A stretch of 64,000 nucleotides of DNA from an uncultured Candidatus Saccharibacteria bacterium (GTDB taxonomy: Bacteria; Patescibacteriota; Minisyncoccia; 2-02-FULL-40-12; GWA2-44-9), in contig CAZENF010000002.1 in the NCBI GenBank assembly GCA_964513645.1, forward strand, positions 142,072 to 206,071, written 5' to 3'. Position 1 is the stretch's first letter; the number at the start of each line of letters is the position of its first letter. Both the position numbers and the translations under genes were made by a program. This document shows positions 1-7,833 of this stretch, one piece after another. Below the pieces are notes generated by a model. The model saw only the letters and a program-made list of their open reading frames with translations. It was not told where the DNA came from and ran no database searches.

Positions 1-10
1 TTGAATTCGC

Positions 11-84
11 GGGTGTGTAGCTCAGTTGGTTAGAGCACGTCACTTATAATGACGGGGTCGATGGTTCGAATCCATCCACACCCA
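11..84 (+). tRNA. tRNA-Ile(UAU)
   Basis: Cloverleaf GGGTGTG/CACACCC-A; anticodon arm CGTCA-CTTATAA-TGACG; T-loop TTCGAAT; CCA not encoded. Confidence 0.9.
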
Positions 85-107
85 CAACGTCAACAATATC
101 GACGAGA

Positions 108-181
108 GCGCGCTTAGCTCAGTTGGTTAGAGCGACTCGTTTACACCGAGTAGGCCGGGGGTTCGAGTCCCTCAGCGCGCA
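108..181 (+). tRNA. tRNA-Val(UAC)
   Basis: GCGCGCT/AGCGCGC-A; anticodon loop TTTACAC. Confidence 0.95.
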
Positions 182-183
182 CT

Positions 184-903
184 ATGGATCTTGAACCTCA
201 AATCGTTTACGAAGACAAGAATTTGTTGGCAATCGATAAGCCCTTCGGCCTTATAACTCATCCTAAGAATAGGGACGATAAGAGCGAGAGCGTCGTTTCC
301 TGGCTTGTTTCCAAATATCCGGAAATTGAAAACATTGGAGAGCCGTTCATCGCTTCAGGTACGCCGATGCCCCGGGCAGGTGTAGTTCACCGGCTGGACA
401 GAGATACGTCCGGACTTTTGTTGGTTGCCAAAACAACCGAAGCTTTTGTATTCTTAAAAAATCTTTTTCAGACCAGGAAAATACAGAAACACTATCAGGC
501 CCTTGTCTCCGGCCACCTGAAAAATCCTTCAGGAATAATCGATTCCCCTCTCGGTCGGATAGGTCTAAAGAGAACAACAAAAATACAGGGCAAGAAACTT
601 ATTGACCAGAAAGAAGCCGTGACCGAATATAGAACTCTCAAAAAATTCGAAAAATTTACCCTTTTGGAAGTTCTGCCCAAGACCGGCCGAACGCACCAGA
701 TAAGGGTGCACCTTAATTCCATTGGTCACCCTGTTTGCGGAGATATGATTTACGGTTTTAAAAAAGCTGACAAACCCGAAGGACTAACCCGCCTTTTTCT
801 CCATGCCTATAAGCTCGAGTTCGCCACTCCCGACGGCAAGGCCTTAACCCTCGAAACTGACCTGCCCCAGGATTTACAAAATGTCCTAAATAAGCTACAA
901 TAG
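184..903 (+). CDS. rluD: RluA/RluD-family RNA pseudouridine synthase
   Basis: Motifs DKPxG, VHRLDRDTSG, TGRTHQIRVH, LFLHA; no S4 domain, so RluA vs RluD is uncertain. Confidence 0.9.
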   Translation: MDLEPQIVYEDKNLLAIDKPFGLITHPKNRDDKSESVVSWLVSKYPEIENIGEPFIASGTPMPRAGVVHRLDRDTSGLLLVAKTTEAFVFLKNLFQTRKIQKHYQALVSGHLKNPSGIIDSPLGRIGLKRTTKIQGKKLIDQKEAVTEYRTLKKFEKFTLLEVLPKTGRTHQIRVHLNSIGHPVCGDMIYGFKKADKPEGLTRLFLHAYKLEFATPDGKALTLETDLPQDLQNVLNKLQ

Positions 904-909
904 GTTCTT

Positions 910-1272
910 ATGGATAAGCTACAGTCGTTTACGTCCAAATATTCAGGCGAAAGCAAATTCAAAGACCTCCAACCAGGTTGGACAGTTAAGATATTCCAGA
1001 AGATAAAAGAAGGCGATAAAACAAGGGTTCAGGCCTTCGAAGGCATGGTAATCGCCAGAAAACACGGCCAAGAAGCCGGTGGAACAATAACCGTACGGAG
1101 AGTTTCGGGCGGTATTGGCGTAGAGAAGGTTTTCCCGGTTTATTTGCCGTCGATTGAAAAGATCCAGGTTCTAAAAAAACCGAAAGTACGCCGGGCTAAA
1201 CTTTATTATCTGCGCGATAAGTCATCTCGAGAAATTAAGAAGAAAATGAAGCAGCAAGAAGCTTCCGCTTAA
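910..1272 (+). CDS. rplS: 50S ribosomal protein L19
   Basis: [33 protein letters not shown]. Confidence 0.97.
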   Translation: MDKLQSFTSKYSGESKFKDLQPGWTVKIFQKIKEGDKTRVQAFEGMVIARKHGQEAGGTITVRRVSGGIGVEKVFPVYLPSIEKIQVLKKPKVRRAKLYYLRDKSSREIKKKMKQQEASA

Positions 1273-1302
1273 GCTTACGCTCTCGGAGTGTCATGCTTGA
1301 AT

Positions 1303-1386
1303 GCGCGGGTGGCGAAACTGGCAGACGCACTACCTTGAGGTGGTAGCGGGGGCAACCCCATGGAGGTTCAAATCCTCTCCCGCGCA
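1303..1386 (+). tRNA. tRNA-Leu(GAG)
   Basis: Long variable arm; anticodon arm CTACC-TTGAGGT-GGTAG. Confidence 0.95.
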
Positions 1387-1416
1387 CTCTGATATAATGA
1401 ATTGGTATCGATGACT

Positions 1417-1489
1417 GCGCGCTTAGCTCAGTTGGTAGAGCACATTCTTGACGTGAATGGGGTCATAGGTTCGAGTCCTATAGCGCGCA
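1417..1489 (+). tRNA. tRNA-Val(GAC)
   Basis: Anticodon arm CATTC-TTGACGT-GAATG. Confidence 0.95.
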
Positions 1490-1497
1490 CAAATTAA

Positions 1498-1863
1498 ATG
1501 TCCAATAAAGAAAAAATAGAAAACCAAAGCGTAACTGAAGGAGCCACAATGTCTGAAGACGAATTTTCATCTCTGCAAAGAGCTGAGAAGGGATTAGACG
1601 AACTCATGGGCTATAATCCGTCTGAGGTTGTTAAAAGAATCGCAAAAGAAATATATATAGAACGTCATACCACGTCGGAAAAAAGAAACTACTCCGTCGA
1701 AATAATAAAAAACAAAGACACGGGTATTGAGTCGGCGGTTATAAAGCTACTGGGTAGAATTACATACTCAACAAGTGAGAAGAATGAAATTGAACTCCTA
1801 AAACTCATAGATACAGGCAAGGATTTTAACTTTGATATATTTAAGGAAGAAAACGAGGAGTAA
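1498..1863 (+). CDS. Hypothetical protein
   Basis: 121-aa AT-rich ORF between a tRNA and a terminator; no motif recognised. Confidence 0.6.
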   Translation: MSNKEKIENQSVTEGATMSEDEFSSLQRAEKGLDELMGYNPSEVVKRIAKEIYIERHTTSEKRNYSVEIIKNKDTGIESAVIKLLGRITYSTSEKNEIELLKLIDTGKDFNFDIFKEENEE

Positions 1864-1875
1864 AAAATAATCTCA

Positions 1876-1906
1876 TCATAAAACCGCCTAACTGGCGGTT
1901 TTATGA
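1876..1906. terminator. Bidirectional intrinsic terminator
   Basis: TCATAAAACCGCC-TAACT-GGCGGTTTTATGA between convergent units. Confidence 0.8.
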
Positions 1907-1914
1907 CGTTTATG

Positions 1915-1986
1915 TGCCGCGGGAGGGAATTGAACCCCCGACGCCAGCCTCTTCAGGGCTGCGCTCTACCACTGAGCTACCGCGGC
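1915..1986 (-). tRNA. tRNA-Phe(GAA)
   Basis: Reverse complement GCCGCGG...CAGCC-CTGAAGA-GGCTG...CCGCGGC-A. Confidence 0.95.
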
Positions 1987-2135
1987 CTACGTAATATATT
2001 ACCCCAAATATCCTAAATTTTCAAGATATATTCCGATTATTTTATAATTATCCACATTTTTATCTACAAAAACTGAACCCCTTTGTTATAATAAACGTAC
2101 ATATTATACTGAGAGTCGTCTTACCATATCCACAA

Positions 2136-2819
2136 ATGAGAAAAGATAAAGAAAAAGCTATACAATTGCGCCAACAAGGCAGAAGCTACAAACAAATAAA
2201 CCATGAGCTAAGTATACCCATTTCTACCCTTGCTGCATGGTTCAAGAACGAACCATGGTCTCGGGAAATAAAATCCCGCCTATCGAAAGAGGTATCGTGG
2301 TTAAATCCCAAAGCCTTGGAACTTCTCGTTCACGCCAATAAAGAACGTTGGCGCTTAAAGCACGAAGAATACAGGACAGCAGCATTAAGAGAATTCAAAA
2401 GATACAAAGATGATCCCCTTTTTCTGGCAGGTATTATGCTCTACTGGGGCGAAGGAGAGAAGCAATCCAAATCAAGCGTCGTTAGGCTTGGCAATAGCGA
2501 ACCGGAAATGATAAGAATTTTTAATCTTTTTCTGACTAAAGTTTTGAAAATAGATCCCGAAAGAATATCTGCCTGGCTATTACTTTATCCTGACCTTGTA
2601 GATAGCGTTCAGAAAAACTTTTGGAGCAAATCTACGGGATTATCTCTAAGCCAATTTAAAAGATCGATATATATTAAGGGTCGCCACCCGACCAAACGTC
2701 TTTCTTACGGTGTCTGTACTATATATATTCCGAGTAGAGCTTTGAAAGAGCGGATGCTTAAGTGGCTTGAGTTATATCAGGATCATTTACGTTCACATGC
2801 CATGAAACTTGAAATATAG
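2136..2819 (+). CDS. HTH protein with LAGLIDADG-like C-terminal region
   Basis: N-terminal HTH (AIQLRQQGRSYKQINHELSIPISTLAAW); LAGIMLYWGEG followed by RLGNSEPEMI resembles the LAGLIDADG helix-strand pattern. Confidence 0.7.
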   Translation: MRKDKEKAIQLRQQGRSYKQINHELSIPISTLAAWFKNEPWSREIKSRLSKEVSWLNPKALELLVHANKERWRLKHEEYRTAALREFKRYKDDPLFLAGIMLYWGEGEKQSKSSVVRLGNSEPEMIRIFNLFLTKVLKIDPERISAWLLLYPDLVDSVQKNFWSKSTGLSLSQFKRSIYIKGRHPTKRLSYGVCTIYIPSRALKERMLKWLELYQDHLRSHAMKLEI

Positions 2820-2846
2820 GTCAAAAAAACGTAGAATATCAGAATT

Positions 2847-2920
2847 GCGGGTATCGTATAACGGTATTATGTGATCTTGCCAAGATCGAGACACGGGTTC
2901 GACTCCCGTTACCCGCTCCA
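2847..2920 (+). tRNA. tRNA-Gly(GCC)
   Basis: GCGGGTA/TACCCGC-T-CCA; loop TTGCCAA. Confidence 0.95.
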
Positions 2921-2921
2921 G

Positions 2922-3383
2922 ATGTTCCCAGTTAATATATTCTCAAAAGTAAGGACCGGCATAAATGAGCGGGTCCTTAATGCAGAACCGGGCTTGTATC
3001 TGTATATTGCATTTCCAATAGCTTTTGCTTTTCTCGTTACTTTTGTCTGTGCCAGGATATTAAGCCATGTTGACCCTGATGCATACATCCCCTGGTCCGG
3101 TATCCATGTTCATCATTTTGCATATGGATTTTTTATATTGGCCGCTGCCGGTTATCTGGCACTGGTTTTTTCGAGTCCCAGGGCTAAATTCTTTATCGCT
3201 CTTCTTCATGGCATAGGCTTAGGATTAGCTTTTGATGAATTCGGGATTTGGCTGCATCTGGATGACAGCGATCCGGCCAGGTTTAGTTATGATGGTTTTT
3301 TGATCGTGGTAGCCGGTTTTTTCCTATTAGTCACCATTAGACCGGGCCTAAAAATGGCCAAAAAACTGCTCAATTTGATGTAA
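2922..3383 (+). CDS. Integral membrane protein (HxHH motif)
   Basis: About four hydrophobic helices; IHVHHFAYG and GLGLAFDEF; start moved to ATG 2922 because the track start lies inside tRNA-Gly. Confidence 0.75.
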   Translation: MFPVNIFSKVRTGINERVLNAEPGLYLYIAFPIAFAFLVTFVCARILSHVDPDAYIPWSGIHVHHFAYGFFILAAAGYLALVFSSPRAKFFIALLHGIGLGLAFDEFGIWLHLDDSDPARFSYDGFLIVVAGFFLLVTIRPGLKMAKKLLNLM

Positions 3384-3392
3384 CAAGGGGTA

Positions 3393-3421
3393 TTGACTTT
3401 TTGACCCTGATTTGATACAAT
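3393..3421 (+). promoter_or_regulatory. Sigma70-type promoter
   Basis: TTGACT-17 bp-TACAAT with TG extension. Confidence 0.65.
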
Positions 3422-3608
3422 TAGAGCATAACCTGAAATATGGGTTATGTAACAAGTAATGGCTTTGATAGCCGTTTTTTGTTGCTCAAATCGCTTAAAA
3501 ATAACCTCACTTTGTAAACCGAGGCATCTATTGCGGAGCATCTCCGGGAGGGAGATAAGCCAAGCTATCTTGGCTGGCCTCTAAAACTGATTAATATCGG
3601 TCTACATC

Positions 3609-4175
3609 GTGACCATAATGGGTAAACGATTGAAGAGAACTTCAGCTTTCGCTCTTGTTCTTTTATATCAATTATCCTTTTCAGGAATTGCTTCAGCCGC
3701 TGGTAATTTCAGCAAATTAGCCAGTGACAGTACGTCTCTCCAGGTAAACATGGAAAACTTAGACGGACATACACTGTCTTCCAGCGAGAACACATGGGAT
3801 ATCATCAACCAAAACATACAGTTGCAGGCAAACCCGGTCCAATACCGCGTGTTAGGAACTTATAACATCTTAGCAACCGGATATACCGCCTCTCCTGAAC
3901 AAACAGACGACTCCCCTTGCGTAGCCGCAAGCGGATACAATATCTGTACAGGAGACGAGAATGTTATCGCTGCCAACTTCTACGTTAACGGCAAGAGAGT
4001 TCCTTTCGGAACTCTGGTAAGAATACCGTCCGTTTACGGAGACAAACTGTTCGTGGTTGAAGACAGAATGAACAGCCGCTATCACAACAATATTGATATA
4101 TTATTCTCTGATATACATGAAGCCAGACTATTCGGTGCTCAAAGACATAACATTGAAATAGTCGAGGAGATATAA
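3609..4175 (+). CDS. Secreted 3D-domain (MltA-like) cell-wall protein
   Basis: Signal peptide; ATGY..QTDDSP..AASG, IAANF, PFGTLVRI, VVEDRM, IDI; start may be ATG 3618. Confidence 0.85.
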   Translation: MTIMGKRLKRTSAFALVLLYQLSFSGIASAAGNFSKLASDSTSLQVNMENLDGHTLSSSENTWDIINQNIQLQANPVQYRVLGTYNILATGYTASPEQTDDSPCVAASGYNICTGDENVIAANFYVNGKRVPFGTLVRIPSVYGDKLFVVEDRMNSRYHNNIDILFSDIHEARLFGAQRHNIEIVEEI

Positions 4176-4178
4176 AAT

Positions 4179-4204
4179 CTAAAAACCCCTTACGGGGTTT
4201 TTAG
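4179..4204. terminator. Bidirectional intrinsic terminator
   Basis: CTAAAAACCCC-TTAC-GGGGTTTTTAG. Confidence 0.8.
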
Positions 4205-4250
4205 GTGGATTGATTGAGCAAGATATCTCCTTATGATGACTTAAAAAATA

Positions 4251-4586
4251 TTATAAATTTTTTGAGCTATTTTGAGAAAGAGTTTCTTTTTCAAATCTTA
4301 GAGTCTTGAAAATATAATAAGTGACGAGATACCAAAATACAAAAACTATCGACGCACCAAAATTATAACTTTCGATTGTAGTGAATATTTTAAATCCCGA
4401 GACAATGGTCCATAGAATCGCCAACAAAGTCAAAGATATCCTTGAACCTTTATATACAAAAAATAAAACCGGTCCATAGATAGCTATGGCCACCAAGAAG
4501 ATAGACTCTCCTTCTCTAAAACCTGTGATTAGTATCGCTATTATAAAGAATAAAATAATTTTAAATCGTCGAGATTTTATTTTCAT
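4251..4586 (-). CDS. Small membrane protein, hypothetical
   Basis: About four TM segments; start set at MKIKSRR. Confidence 0.6.
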   Translation of the reverse strand: MKIKSRRFKIILFFIIAILITGFREGESIFLVAIAIYGPVLFFVYKGSRISLTLLAILWTIVSGFKIFTTIESYNFGASIVFVFWYLVTYYIFKTLRFEKETLSQNSSKNL

Positions 4587-4592
4587 AAATAT

Positions 4593-4786
4593 TTGTCCGC
4601 CCACAAGGAATCTCACGTCGAAAAAGATTTGACTCGCAGACTATCAAATCTTTTTCTCCTTGAAACCTTGCGGTTTCAATACTTCCACCACGGGAAAGAA
4701 CTTTTCTTTCCCGACCCCTATCTTGTTCGAGTCCTTGTGGTCTACAAAAGACAAAACCAACTTAATGTCGGTTTTGTCTTTTGTTG
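4593..4786 (-). repeat. tRNA-Lys(CUU) 3'-associated structured cassette
   Basis: 17-bp direct repeat TTGTCCGCCCACAAGGA at 4593-4609 and 4784-4800; 16-bp inverted T-arm copy at 4725-4740; four hairpins. Confidence 0.85.
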
Positions 4787-4859
4787 TCCGCCCACAAGGA
4801 CTCGAACCTTGAACCGTATCCTTAAGAGGGATCTGCTCTACCAATTGAGCTATGGGCGG
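4787..4859 (-). tRNA. tRNA-Lys(CUU)
   Basis: Reverse complement CCGCCCA...CTCTTAA...TGGGCGG-A. Confidence 0.93.
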
Positions 4860-4873
4860 ATTTATTTTGAATG

Positions 4874-4945
4874 TGCCCCCACCAGGAGTCGAACCCAGAT
4901 CTCCACCTTCGAAGGGTGTCGCTCTATCCATTGAGCTATGGGGGC
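4874..4945 (-). tRNA. tRNA-Arg(UCG)
   Basis: Reverse complement GCCCCCA...CTTCGAA...TGGGGGC-A. Confidence 0.92.
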
Positions 4946-4959
4946 GGGATTCGCTACTT

Positions 4960-4998
4960 CCTGCCTGCCCTCCTACGGCGGGTAAACCGGCAGGCAGG
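4960..4998. repeat. 39-bp palindromic element, copy A
   Basis: CCTGCCTGCC...GGCAGGCAGG terminal inverted repeat; 32/39 identical to 41103-41141. Confidence 0.8.
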
Positions 4999-5019
4999 TA
5001 TCCGTTAAGCTACGGGCGC
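4999..5019 (-). pseudogene. tRNA-Arg-like 5' fragment
   Basis: Reverse complement GCGCCCGTAGCTTAACGGATA resembles a tRNA-Arg acceptor strand plus D-arm, broken by the 39-bp element. Confidence 0.65.
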
Positions 5020-5059
5020 TTTACCCTGTATCTTAACAGAAAGTTGACATTTTTTCAAT

Positions 5060-6235
5060 TTATTTCTTATATCTTTTTCTAATGTCGGAAATTACTTTCG
5101 GCAGCACTTCTAAGACATAATCTAAATCCTTTTTGCGCGTCTGGCGGCCCAAACTTAAACGCAAAGCACCGTTAAGATATTTTTCAGGCACGCCGATAGC
5201 TTTGAGGACATGTGATGGTTCAACGGAATGAGAAGTACAGGCAGACCCAGAACCGGCTGAAATTCCATATTTATCTAACTCAAGAAGTAAATTCTCGCTA
5301 TCCATTCCAGGTATAGAAATATTTATATTATTCGGCAAACGCTCGCTTCCTGTTGCTCCGTTAATTTTTATCTCCGGTAATTCTTTTTCGAGCCGATTTA
5401 AAAAATAATCTCTCAGTTTGCTTGTCCGGCTGGAGTCTTCAGTATTTATAATCTCAAGAGCCTTAGCCAAGCCGGCAATAGCAGAGAGGTTTTCCGTCCC
5501 AGCCCGATATCCCCTTTCCTGACCACCGCCCATGATATATGGAACAAAAGGAGTGTTTCTTTTTATATAAAGAACACCTATACCATGAGGACCGTATATT
5601 TTACCTCCATTAAAGGTCAAAAGATCCACCCCAAGATTATTTACATTCATATCCAGATAACCAGCCGCCTGACAGGCATCGACATGTAATAACGGATAGA
5701 TACTGTCTTTCTTAAAATCTTTAATCAGTTTCCCTATTTTCTTTATCGGTTCGATGGTGCCTATTTCGTTGTTAGCGTACATAATACTCACCAGCATCGT
5801 TCGGGTTGAAAGCTTAGACCTGATATCTTCAACATTAATCAGGCCTTTATTGTCTACTCTAACAAATAGACTTTCTTTCCCTTCGTATTTTAAAAATTTT
5901 AAAGGTTCGAGAACGGATAGATGCTCTATCGGAGTAGTTATGAGTTCATTTTTTTCTTTCGGTGCCGCAAAAGCCGGACACATCACAGCCATATTATTGG
6001 CTTCAGAACCGGATGAAGTAAAGATTATCTCTTCCGGCCTTGCACCTAAAAATCTGGCCACCTTAAGCCGGGACTCTTCGAGCTTTTTCTTGGCTTCGCG
6101 GCCCACATTATTAAAAGACGATGGATTACCATAAACACTCCCGACTGAGTTCATCTCTGCCATTACTCTCCCGTCCACCGGTGTAGCGGCAGCATTGTCT
6201 AAATAAATATTGTGTTTTTTGGCTTCTATTGACAT
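5060..6235 (-). CDS. iscS: Cysteine desulfurase (IscS/NifS family)
   Basis: IYLDNAAATP, GNPSS, HVDACQ, GKIYGP, RAGTEN, GSGSAC. Confidence 0.95.
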   Translation of the reverse strand: MSIEAKKHNIYLDNAAATPVDGRVMAEMNSVGSVYGNPSSFNNVGREAKKKLEESRLKVARFLGARPEEIIFTSSGSEANNMAVMCPAFAAPKEKNELITTPIEHLSVLEPLKFLKYEGKESLFVRVDNKGLINVEDIRSKLSTRTMLVSIMYANNEIGTIEPIKKIGKLIKDFKKDSIYPLLHVDACQAAGYLDMNVNNLGVDLLTFNGGKIYGPHGIGVLYIKRNTPFVPYIMGGGQERGYRAGTENLSAIAGLAKALEIINTEDSSRTSKLRDYFLNRLEKELPEIKINGATGSERLPNNINISIPGMDSENLLLELDKYGISAGSGSACTSHSVEPSHVLKAIGVPEKYLNGALRLSLGRQTRKKDLDYVLEVLPKVISDIRKRYKK

Positions 6236-6257
6236 AAGTATAAAATTGTGATACTAT
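6229..6257 (+). promoter_or_regulatory. Sigma70-type promoter pointing into a gene-free region
   Basis: TTGACA-17 bp-TACTAT with TG extension. Confidence 0.65.
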
Positions 6258-6262
6258 ATTAG

Positions 6263-6537
6263 TATCAGTCTGGGTTCCTATTTAGAGACCGGTAACGAAA
6301 TGTAACTCTGATAGGATACTCCCGATTTCGTAGGCCCGTAGTTACAACCCAGCCCCACCTTGGTGGGGCTGGACAAACAATATTCTCTATTATACAGAGA
6401 ATTTATGTAACTGCAATCTTGCTTATCGGGTCGGGGGTTTCGCGAAGCCATACAGGAAGCCCGCTTCTGGATTCAGAAAAAAAGTTTCCTGAATGAGTAT
6501 CAAAATCAAAAAGCGCCTGACGGCGCTTTTTGATTTT
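6263..6537 (+). ncRNA. Candidate structured ncRNA (possibly 6S-like)
   Basis: Promoter upstream, terminator downstream, no ORF in the track; GGGTTCCT/AGGAAGCCC and GTAGTTACA/TGTAACTGC long-range pairings. Confidence 0.45.
6502..6537. terminator. Bidirectional intrinsic terminator
   Basis: AAAATCAAAAAGCGCC-TGAC-GGCGCTTTTTGATTTT. Confidence 0.85.
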
Positions 6538-7816
6538 ACGAGATACAATTTTTCTCAAGATATTTAAATACTCTTTCGTTGACCAGTTCGCCGGTAATTG
6601 CGTCTTTTAACTTTTCGATATCAAGTTCTTCCGGATTTACTTCCCCTCTTATGGCCATCGTCTGGGCTGCTTTTTCGGATTCTTCGTTTATCTCTTCTTG
6701 AGATGGGTAGAGGTTATTTTCTTTGGCTAATTTTCTTAGGATCAGAGCATAAGCAACCTGCCGTTCGGCGTCAGGGCGCCAGTTTGTGCGAAGCTCGTCC
6801 TCGGTCTTACCCAAATGAGCGAGATAAAAAGACAGTTCCATGCCCTTGGCGTGCAATTCATTGTCAAAACCCGCGATCATACCGTCCAATTTTTCAATTA
6901 CCATCTCTTCGGGCACTTCGACTTTTGATTTATCGAATATTTTTGAAAGTATTTCTATCCTGACACGCTGTTTTTCCTTGTGTTTCTTTTCTTCTGAAAT
7001 CCCTTCTTTGATATTTTCCTCGAGCTCTTTGAGGTCGTTAAACCGGCCCAGACCTTTGGCAAACTCGTCATTAAGGGCCGGCCTTTCTATTCTTTGGACA
7101 GTCACAACTTTGACCTTAAAATCTAGCTTCTTACCGGCAACACTTTTATGAAAATATTCTGCCGGAGCGTTCAGAGAAAAATCCTTCTCTTCACCGGTTT
7201 TCATCCCGACAAGCTTGTCTTCAAAACCTGGGATAAATTTATTGTCGCCTAAAATAAGCGGGTGGTTCTTGCTTACTCCGCCTTCAACCGGCAAGCCTTC
7301 TGAAGTAACTTCGAAATCAACCTCAACCCGGTCACCTTTGTCAGCTGAACCGTCCTTGGCCAGGAATTTTGAACGTGAGGTCCTTAAAAAATCCAAAGCA
7401 TCGTTAATTTCCACCGGAGTTATTTCAATACCGCGTTCTTTAACTTTAATCCCTGACAGATCCGTTAATTTAATTAGCGGAAAAACGGTAAGTGAGACTG
7501 AGTAGATAAGTTTGGCAGTCGAATTATCTTTAACCTTGAGGTCTGATATTTTCAGGACTTCGAGTTCTTTTTCTTTTACAGTCCGACTTAAGCTGTCGTT
7601 CACAGCCATATCCATCGCTTCTTTAAGTATCGGCTGTTCACCGACTTTTTTGCGAATGAGGTCTTTGGGCGCCTTGCCTTTGCGAAAACCGTCAAGCTGG
7701 ATATTTTCAGCAAAACGTTCTTCCGCTTTTTTGACATAAGCCGACAGCTCTTCACGGCCTAATTCGACTGTAAGATCATACTTATTTGACGCTGTCTTTT
7801 TAAGAGAAGATTCCAA
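6536..7816 (-). CDS. tig: Trigger factor
   Basis: GFRKGKAP ribosome-binding motif; FIPGFEDKLVG FKBP domain. Confidence 0.97.
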   Translation of the reverse strand: MESSLKKTASNKYDLTVELGREELSAYVKKAEERFAENIQLDGFRKGKAPKDLIRKKVGEQPILKEAMDMAVNDSLSRTVKEKELEVLKISDLKVKDNSTAKLIYSVSLTVFPLIKLTDLSGIKVKERGIEITPVEINDALDFLRTSRSKFLAKDGSADKGDRVEVDFEVTSEGLPVEGGVSKNHPLILGDNKFIPGFEDKLVGMKTGEEKDFSLNAPAEYFHKSVAGKKLDFKVKVVTVQRIERPALNDEFAKGLGRFNDLKELEENIKEGISEEKKHKEKQRVRIEILSKIFDKSKVEVPEEMVIEKLDGMIAGFDNELHAKGMELSFYLAHLGKTEDELRTNWRPDAERQVAYALILRKLAKENNLYPSQEEINEESEKAAQTMAIRGEVNPEELDIEKLKDAITGELVNERVFKYLEKNCIS

Positions 7817-7833
7817 TTTTTATTTTAATTAGA

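Noticed and set aside
99-107. TCGACGAGA immediately before two tRNAs (also 43408-43416)
   Set aside because: Only 9 bp in 2 of 20 tRNAs; cannot be told from chance without a genome-wide count.
2871-2921. Track start of the membrane protein at 2871
   Set aside because: It lies within tRNA-Gly; ATG 2922 is the plausible start.
4593-5082. Track ORFs 4593-4934, 4644-4931 and 4852-5082
   Set aside because: They overlap tRNA genes and the hairpin cassette, so they are spurious translations.
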